Origin: Octopus vulgaris
Taxonomy: Eukaryota
Assembly (NCBI GenBank): GCA_951406725.2
Contig: OX597816.1
Coordinates: 113,894,001 to 113,958,000 of the forward strand
Length of the DNA stretch: 64,000 bases
Direction of reading: 5' to 3'
Shown here: positions 55,329 to 64,000 of the stretch, in pieces
How the letters are laid out: each line of letters opens with the position of its first letter
Numbering within the stretch: position 1 is the first letter of the stretch
Notes under the pieces: generated by a model
What the model saw: the letters and a program-made list of their open reading frames with translations, nothing else
Database searches by the model: none
What the model was told of the DNA's origin: nothing
Made by a program: the position numbers and the translations under genes

Positions 55329-56490
55329 TGTACATTTTTAGACATGTATCATATACCTGTGTGTATTTTTGCACATATGTCTGTATATAGTGTCTGAAAT
55401 ACCATGGTTCTAGTATTTGATTACACAATCAGATTTCATTTGATGAAGAAAATTCTATATAATAAATAAGAAGTTGCATCCAAGCTACATGATGTATTTT
55501 GTTTTTTGTAATAAAATCAAAAATACTTTTTTAAAAAATGCAATGAAATCTTTACTTCAAGGAAAAATATTTTTTTTAAAAACCCTTTTAATCTTCACAA
55601 GGTAAATAAATAAATAAATAAAATCAATATCTGGTGTTTGCAGAAGCATTTATTGTTGTTGTTGTTGTTATTATTATTACTTTTATCAGACCATACCAAA
55701 AACAAAAACAAGAATAATGATAATAATAATTTTATGAGACAGAAATCATTAAAAAGTTGGATTATACTAAGATTGAAATTTTTCTCAAAAAACTTTTTAT
55801 ACATGTCATGATTTAGTGGTACTTAATATAAGCAAAAGACATGGAGACTACCCACCTTCAAAGGTTTATGAAGGTATTTACATCTGTACTTCTGAGAAAC
55901 AACCCCTCTCCTACTTCCTCTACTTTATCGTGTGTACTGAAGCATTTTCAAGGAGCACAGTTAAAAATTGTGTAGTTTTCTCCTTCAAATTAACTTGTAG
56001 ACTTGACAATTATATTTCAATAAGTAATTATTAAATTGAATGATGTAAAGAATTCCTTTATAAATCTAATTTTGAAAGCCTTCAGTTTTGAAATGTAATT
56101 TTCCACTCATTATGAAGATGAGTAATTTTGATGAGTCACCATCAGTGATAGCTGGCAGTTAGCTCTAACCCCAATGACAATCTTAACTAATGGCTGGTTT
56201 GTATAAAAGTGGGGGAAATGTCAATGATTCTGCAGCTTCTGACAAAATATTATATATCATGACAAAGAATGTATTTTGCAATTTAGCTAATACATAAAAG
56301 ATTAGTATTCATAATAATCTACTAAATGTATATATACAAATAGTTATGTTATATATACTTATACATACAATTATATATGTAAGCACATATGTGTTTGAGT
56401 GTATATGTGTATGTAATTATCTATATACATATGCATATATGTGCATATATATGTATGTATTTAGATATATACATATATCTACCTATATAT

Positions 56491-56584
<94 letters not shown>

Positions 56585-56793
56585 TATATGTACATACATA
56601 TATATATGCATATATGTATATATGCATATACACAAAGTTATCCATACATATATATGTATATGCATATATATACATATGTATATATATATATATATATATA
56701 GATAGATAGATAGATAGATATAGATATAGATATAGATATACATATAGATATAGATATATATATTATATCATATGTATATATTTATATGCATAC

Positions 56794-56866
<73 letters not shown>

Positions 56867-57229
56867 ATAAGCATAACAAATGCGCAACCGGTAAAAAGAA
56901 CTTTCACCTAATTAAATTACTTAAATTACTTCAATTATTTGTCAGCATTTTCTTCATTTCCTTTTTTATATATATATATATATATATATTTATATGATGA
57001 TGATGATGATGATATATATATGCACATGCATATACACACAAATATATGTACATACACACATATATATATTTATATAAACACACATATACACACGCATATA
57101 TATACATATATATGCATACTTATGTGTGTTTATATATATATATTTATGTTTGTGCGGGGATGGATGAATGTTGATATATCTACATACATATTTAATGCAA
57201 TATGTTATCAGTCATTCACATTCAGTAAC

Positions 57230-57407
57230 ATTCAGATGTATATAAACATATTTTAGCCGTATAATTTTTAAAAACCAACGAGAGATCAAACAATATGGAT
57301 GCAATAAACTGTCTACAATGACTTACGGGGAATAAAAACGAATAGTAAGTGACGATTTCAAACTTTGCAGGGGTCCACAGGATATGGTGTGAATATCCGC
57401 AGGCTAG
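57230..57407 (+). mobile_element. Helitron-like 3' end
   Basis: Hairpin ggata-tggtgtgaa-tatcc followed by CTAG|T at 57404-57408. Confidence 0.4.
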
Positions 57408-57422
57408 TTTTTTGTAATAATA

Positions 57423-57815
57423 TTGGCTGTATGGTAAGTACCTTGCTTACCAACCACATGGTTTGGGTTCAGTCCCACAGTGTGGCACCTTAGGCAAGTG
57501 TCTGCTACTACAGCCTTGGGTCGACCAAAGCCTTGTGAGTGTATTTGGTAGACGGAAACTGAAAGAAGCCTATCGTATATATGTATATGTATGTGTATGT
57601 ATATGTTTGTGCATCTGTGTTTGTCCCCCCAACATCGCTTGACAACCGATGCTGGTGTGTTGACATCCCCGTCACTTAGCGGTTTGGCAAGAGAGACCGA
57701 TAGTACAAGTACTAGGCTTACAAAGAATAAGTCTTGGGGTCAATTTGCTCGACTAAAAGTGGTGCTCCAGCATAGCCGCAGTCAAATGACTGAAATAAAT
57801 AAAAGAATAAAAGAA
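57423..57815 (+). mobile_element. SINE family A
   Basis: Homologous to 12611-13010. Confidence 0.85.
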
Positions 57816-58011
57816 ATAATGGCTAGAATTGTTTGTAACTTTGTAACTCTTCTTTTCTTTTCTTTTTTTTTTACTTTTAAAACTTTATATCCACTGATCA
57901 AAGTAGACTTCACGTAAGTATGTTTTGCTGATGAAATCTAATAAGCCTGAAATATGACCATAGAGACAATCTTGTCTGGTAAAAAAAAAACCCTTTTACT
58001 AATTATCCTCC

Positions 58012-58655
58012 TCATCATCATCATTATTTAACATCCATTTTCCATGCTAGCATGGGTGTGATAGTTTTACTGGAACTAGTAAGCTGGAGAGCTGCACCAG
58101 GCTCCAGTCTATTTTGGCTAGATTTCCATGGCAGAACACCTTTCCTAATGTCAACCATTCCATTGAGTGTAGTGGGTGCCTTTCATATGTCACTGGCATG
58201 GGTGCTTTTTACATGTCACTGGCATGGGTGCCTTTTACATGTCATTGGCATGGGTGCCCTTTACGTATCACTGACACAGGTGCTTTTTATTTGTCACCAG
58301 CACTGACCATGGCTACAAGTTCACTTGGCTTGACGTGTCTTCTCAAGCACAGCAAATCACCAAAGGTCTCAGTTACTTCTCATTGTCTGTGAGACTCAAC
58401 GTCCAAAGATCATATTTCACCACCTTGTCCCATTTTTCCTGGGTCTACCTCTTCTACAGGTTGACCCCAACAGTTAGAGATTTGCACTCCTTTACACAGC
58501 TGTCCTCTTCCATATGCATCACATAACTATACCAGTGCAGTCTTCTCTCTTGCACACCATACCTGATGCCTCTTTTACCCAATTTTCCTCTCAAGATGTT
58601 TACACTCTGTCATTGCTCATCCAGCAAAGCATACAGCTTCATTTCTTTCAAGCCT
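58012..58655 (-). mobile_element. Older RTE-like LINE 3' fragment
   Basis: (CAT)n-ttttccatgctagcatggg tail, tandem ggcatgggtgcctt repeats and a decayed ORF end. Confidence 0.75.
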
Positions 58656-59617
58656 GAAAATTATATTTTATGTGAAATGAATTCTTAATTTCTTGAAGTT
58701 ACTTTCCGTTTTTTTTAAAAAAGTCACTACAAGAGGTAAATTCATTTTAGTCATCTGTACATTGAACTCACTGTTGCCTTTCGTTCTTTTAAATGTATTA
58801 AATTGAAGAACCAGTACAAAGTGGGGGATTGGCAGAAATTGTTAGAATATTGGATGAAATATATCTTCTCACTCTTTGCATTTCAAGTTCTTGTGTGGTG
58901 GACCCAATCTGCCATACAATCTGAAATGTCACACAGTTTGACTGAACCTGCAACCATATAGTTGTGAAGCAGACTTCATTATCACACAGCCATACATGCA
59001 CCTGTGTCTTATTTATTTGCTGCATAATTTTGTAAACAACAGCATCATTAGTTACAAGTGACAAGGGATTGCTTGCACAACTAGGTGGAGTAAACAGCAC
59101 ATGGGTTATTTTATATTTGAAATTGCTGGTTTCTTTTTTTTGTTCTTTGCTAATGTTTAATTCTTTTTTTGATATGCATGGGTGTAACACACATGCTTAC
59201 ATGCACATACATACACACACACGCACACACAGACAGACACACACACACACACACACACATGAATGTGCACACATGGGCAATGTAATGAGGAGAGTGGTAT
59301 CATCAATTATAAGAATCCCATTACACGAATGTTTCTTATCTAAATATGTTATTCATTTTTTATTTTATTTCCTAATTTGCGAAGCACAGTGTCATTGATT
59401 ATCGGTTTCCAATACATCAATCATTAGTACTACACTTTTCTGAAGGCAAGAATGCTAAGGGAACATCACTTATGTTTTTGTTTCTCTCCAATCTTTAAAT
59501 CCTTCACTAATACACATCAGTGTAACACACACACACAATGTGAGTGTGTAAATGTTAAAAAAGGTTATTATTTTAAAACGAGTTTATGGAACATTTTCTG
59601 CTGGTGTGACTCCAGAC

Positions 59618-59944
59618 CAGGGGTTCTCAACCATATTTTATCTATGGACCCCTTTGCTTACTATTTTATTCTGGTGGACCCCATAGCCATTTAATGTTTA
59701 AAAACTAATTTTATAGAAACTTCTTTCAAAATTCCTGTTTTGTTTTTCACATATTAACTTATGTAGATTGAGCCATGTAAAATGTTAGAGAAAGAAACCA
59801 AGTTGTTTGTTGCAACACACACCAATAAATACATCTAAAGCAAAATTTTTTCAGGGGGCCTTTAAAATACTGTAGTGACACCCAATTTACTATATTTTGT
59901 ATGGACCTGCCAAAATTTATATGGACCCCAGTTGAAAACCACTG
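59618..59944. mobile_element. hAT (Charlie/MER5-like) MITE
   Basis: TIRs CAGGGGTTCTCAAC / GTTGAAAACCACTG, 8-bp TSD ctccagac / ctctagac and subterminal tggaccc repeats. Confidence 0.88.
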
Positions 59945-60239
59945 CTCTAGACTGAGAATATAGTCAATGTTACTGCGAAGATCCAGCTAACTGGGACTTC
60001 AATGATTCTTTGCCAGCAAGTGATTTTAAATAGGAAGGAAGGCTGTATCAAAAGATACAAATGTGTATAATGAGTTTTACAGTTTCTTAATAAATTACTA
60101 TGAAAGGAATTTTTTTATTTATCCATGTGTTACACAGAACAGCAAAAATCCAAACAACAATGTAGCAACTCATTCTTAATACATTCTGGCATTTATATTT
60201 GGTCACTGTTGTTATTTGCTATTGGAGAATATTTCCTTA

Positions 60240-60600
60240 AAAGTGATGTCAGTTCAGAGAGAATGTCAAGGCACTTGATGTTTCAACCTCATTGTTCATC
60301 TCTTCAGTTGAAGCTACATCAGACTGATGAATCTCACAATAGCACGAGTTCATTTCAGATGTTCATATTTGCTAGGATTCTCACTGTTGTGCATGCACCC
60401 CATGAACTATTATCTGTTTGGGAGACATCTGCACACATCACCAAATATTTTGTTTGCTCTTCTGTGATACATTGGTCAGCTGCAACTGAAGTAACATACA
60501 CTAAAATCAAAACATTATGGTGCCTCAGAGTCCCTTTAGATTAAGCAAATCATGTGTCATAAAACACACTGTTTTAAGAGAGATGATGTTCTCTAATAGC
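60240..60600 (-). pseudogene. Possible decayed Gypsy-type gag remnant
   Basis: Minus-strand fragments CITEEQTKY and ENPSKYEHLK resemble the same gag family as 11310-11640; frames are broken. Confidence 0.35.
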
Positions 60601-60724
60601 ATATGACAACAGTGATCAGATATTCATGTTTGAATGTGCCAGAATGTATTTAAATGGAAAAGAAATGTTATAATTTCTTTATTTAAAGAATTGGTTAACA
60701 TGTGCTATGACCTTTTACCATTTA

Positions 60725-60807
<83 letters not shown>

Positions 60808-60828
60808 TCAACTACTAAGCCATGCTCC

Positions 60829-60865
<37 letters not shown>

Positions 60866-60868
<3 letters not shown>

Positions 60869-61165
60869 GGTGCATAGCTTAGTAGTTAAGCTATTTGGCT
60901 CACAATCAAAAAGATTTTAGTTCAATTTCCTGTGGAATTGAGCAAAACACTTTATTCTGTTACTCCAGTCCACTCAGCTAGCAAAAATGAGCTGTTCAAT
61001 TGGCCAGTCTTGTCACATTAGGCATATCCTACTGAATCTCTCTCAGAACTACATTTAGGGTATGCATGTCTGTGGAGCGCTCAGCCACTTGCACATTAAT
61101 TTCACAATCAGGCTGATCCATTGATCAAATAAACTGGACCACTTATTTTCATAGCTAATGGAGAG
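60866..61165 (+). mobile_element. tRNA-derived SINE, third family
   Basis: tagcttagtagttaag head and ctcagccacttgcacattaatttcac tail. Inverted copies at 63545-63915 and 53620-53950. Confidence 0.65.
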
Positions 61166-62665
61166 ATGGGTTTACAAAAATAGAGGTGTGTAATTTTAAG
61201 AACAGGAAATCTTCATTAATCTTTTATACACTGTTGTATTAGCAAATCCTCGGGCATTTAAATATCATGCAAATAAGATTGCATGTAAAAAAGTAAAGCT
61301 CCTCCAAAAATAAACATATTACAATATCTTCAGAAACTTAAATCCCAATATTGGTTTCAGAATTAATATATTTGGTCAGGGTTAAATATGTTAGAGATCA
61401 TAAGTCAGAATACCAAATGCAATTTTGCTTGTGAAAAACATTTACTAAATTCAGGAGATTTCATAACTTTATATCTCTTGTCTATAGGTTCTTAAAATTC
61501 ACAGGAGTTCTGAAGATGTTCTATGAAAAATTCAGGTGAAACCAAAACATAATTATAAGAACTAAAATCCTTGTGATTTACTTGCTCTCGTATAAAAGAT
61601 CCAATGTCCATGATTGCAAATAAATGATACTTATTTTGATCATAATTTAATCTTAGGTGAGAAACTCCTGGAATTATACATATACTAAATTTTTAATGCA
61701 CCACTTCAGAAATACCAAATAGAAATTATATTCAGTATACTGTTCTAGAATGCCTAACATACAAGAAACGTAATTGACTGTACAACCTTTTATGATGAAA
61801 TGGGAAATAGTCAACTCTAGAGACTAAAGTTTCAAAATCAAGTTTTAATTACAGACCTTTCAATAAAGTAAATGATAATGCAAATTAATTTTAAAACTAA
61901 TTTCCAAAACAGAAAAAAATATCACTATTCAAAAAAAAATTTTGTGAAAAATGATAAAATTCACTGTTCTTTAGAATGGTTAATTCGCTAATTTGACATA
62001 TAGTCTAAGAATCAAATCCATGTAAAATAATCACATTAATATTCTCATAACAGCAAACTGTCTATGAAAAAATAAATAACATTAAGTGGGACAAAACTTT
62101 CTGAAAAGTTTGTTTAGTATTAACTTTAGATTTCTATGTAATATTTGTTACATGGGAAAATCATTATCACTCATTTATTCTTCAACCAGATAACAGAATT
62201 GAGAAGCTGGTTTGAAAATGAGATTCTCCTTTTATGTCTAACTTCTGGTATCAGTGATAAATTGTCCCTTGGTAGTATGATGTAGCAAGCTATTGTAAGA
62301 AGATTATTGAAAGAGAAAAAAAAATTCAGTCCACATATATAGGTTCTAAAAAAAGGAAAGATGATAAGAAGACAGTGTAGATGATTTATTACATGTGTTA
62401 ACAAGCAGCCTGAAGACTCCACACTACAGACAATAATATAATCCTACCACTGTGAAACACCACGTTTTCATCATTGTTAGTAATACAGATTTTCAAAGAT
62501 GTGGAGGAGTTGAAGAAAATAGTCTGATTAAATTTTAACCTTGAGACAAACAATATGGCTTTTGCATCCCAACTAAGCAATAATCTTCCAAGACCTGAGG
62601 AAATTATTTGCATTTAAATTCAGTTTTTTTCAGTTAATATGTCAGTTACTAATTTTAAAAAAAAG

Positions 62666-62707
<42 letters not shown>

Positions 62708-62887
62708 TAGTTGAATGAATTATCTTGATATGGCTAATTCGGTTAACCGATACCTGGGTAGCAAATTCACATCAGAGAAGACACGTTTGAAGTTACGTGC
62801 TTTCGTGTGGAAATTTGTATGTTTTTTTTTTAAAATATAAATATATGAAAGAATGGAGTTGAACGACGAATTAACAAAATTCCTTTA

Positions 62888-62970
62888 TTTTCAACATATG
62901 TTTCGAAGGCTGCATATTCCTAATTGCGAAGGAATAAGGAGTATATTATGCCGCTTACTCATCAGGAAAA
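62888..62970 (-). ncRNA. Type I hammerhead ribozyme with long helix II (left arm)
   Basis: Reverse complement of 63212-63294 with one substitution in helix II. Confidence 0.75.
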
Positions 62971-63211
62971 GCAAGGAACTTATGTTAACATCAAGATGCA
63001 CAAAAAACTTTTAGATGACTGCTCACACGGAGCCCATAGTGAAAATGAGTGTCTCTTTAAAAATTCCTTTATAAGGAGTGACGTCAAAATGGTTGGATGT
63101 CACTCCTTATAAAGGAATTTTTTAAAGAGACACTCATTTTCACTATGGGCTCCGTGTGAGCAGTCATCTAAAAGTTTTTTGTGCATCTTGATGTTAACAT
63201 AAGTTCCTTGC

Positions 63212-63294
63212 TTTTCCTGATGAGTAAGCGACATAATATACTCCTTATTCCTTCGCAATTAGGAATATGCAGCCTTCGAAACATATGTTGAAAA
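63212..63294 (+). ncRNA. Type I hammerhead ribozyme with long helix II (right arm)
   Basis: TTTTC-CTGATGA-G..(tattcct-loop-aggaata)..C-GAA-ACATATGT-T-GAAAA; palindromic helix III and a GUU site ending at 63289. Confidence 0.75.
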
Positions 63295-63491
63295 TAAAGG
63301 AATTTTGTTAATTCGTCGTTCAACTCCATTCTTTCATATATTTATATATATATGTATATATATATATAAATACATGATGACCTAAAAGTCACATAGGGGT
63401 CTAAAATTTTCATTAATTTTTTCAATTACATTTTTTTTATTTGTAATTTACAAAATGTGACTCTTCATTCCTAATGTACATATATTTCCTC

Positions 63492-63544
<53 letters not shown>

Positions 63545-63915
63545 TGGCATTCTGTGGCACTCTGACAACGAGAGTTTCAGTTGATCTGATCAACGGAACA
63601 GTCTGCTCGTGAAATTAATATGCAAGTGGCTGAGACGCATGTACTTTTAACGTAGTTCTTGGGGAGATTCAGTGTGACACAGAGTGTGACAAAGCTGGCC
63701 CTTTGAAATACAGGTACAACAGAAACAGGAAGAAAGATTGAGAGAAAGTTGTGGTGAAAGAGTACAGCAGGGTTTGTTACCACCCCCTGCTGGAGCCTCG
63801 TGGAGCTTCAGGTGATTTCACTCAATACACACTCACAATGCCCAGTCTGGGAATTGAAACCACAATCCTACGACTGGACGTCCACTGCCCTAACTACTGG
63901 CCCATTGCGCCTCCA
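63545..63915 (-). mobile_element. tRNA-derived SINE, third family
   Basis: Reverse complement homolog of 60866-61165; B-box-like ggtttcaattccc on the minus strand. Confidence 0.7.
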
Positions 63916-64000
63916 CACACACATACTGTATGTGGTGTTAAGTTATCGTAAATTTAAAACAGCATAAATGAATTATTAACACCTTATTGACTTTTAGGTT

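Larger units (their letters stand above)
62835..63347. mobile_element. Near-perfect 513-bp palindrome (foldback) with a hammerhead in each arm
   Basis: Arms 62835-63082 and 63099-63347 differ, by eye, by one substitution and one homopolymer indel. 16-nt spacer; one-sided extension 62705-62834; (TA)n flanks. Confidence 0.95.

Noticed and set aside
62171-62613. Two short minus-strand ORFs in unique sequence
   Set aside because: No recognisable domain or splice pattern.

Overview
This is an AT-rich, microsatellite-dense eukaryotic window with no supportable host gene. The repeat types (tRNA/CORE-like SINEs, RTE tails ending in (GAT)n, huge (TA)n/(CA)n/(TAA)n tracts) suggest an octopus or other coleoid cephalopod intron or intergenic region; this is an inference. 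Nearly all supplied ORFs are microsatellite or repeat artefacts. The real coding relics are transposon-derived: a mariner with intact TIRs (20060-21305), a 5'-truncated Penelope-like element (PLE) with RT and GIY-YIG domains (50885-52790), stacked R4/Dong-like LINE 3' ends in (TAA)n, a HERO-like LINE end, and RTE, CR1-like and Gypsy gag remnants. Helitron-like elements, several MITEs and many SINEs are also present. The most striking signal is RNA structure: at least seven minimal hammerhead-ribozyme (HHR) motifs with unrelated flanks. One lies in the PLE 3' region and most of the others lie in short non-coding foldback elements. One foldback has a tRNA-like Pol III head and a 14-bp target-site duplication, and another is a near-perfect 513-bp palindrome with a complete HHR in each arm. 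The HERO-like 3' UTR separately carries an apparently non-circularly permuted, pseudoknotted HHR. All folds were read by eye; no database search, covariance model or cleavage data support them yet. Repeat boundaries are approximate unless TIRs or TSDs are quoted.
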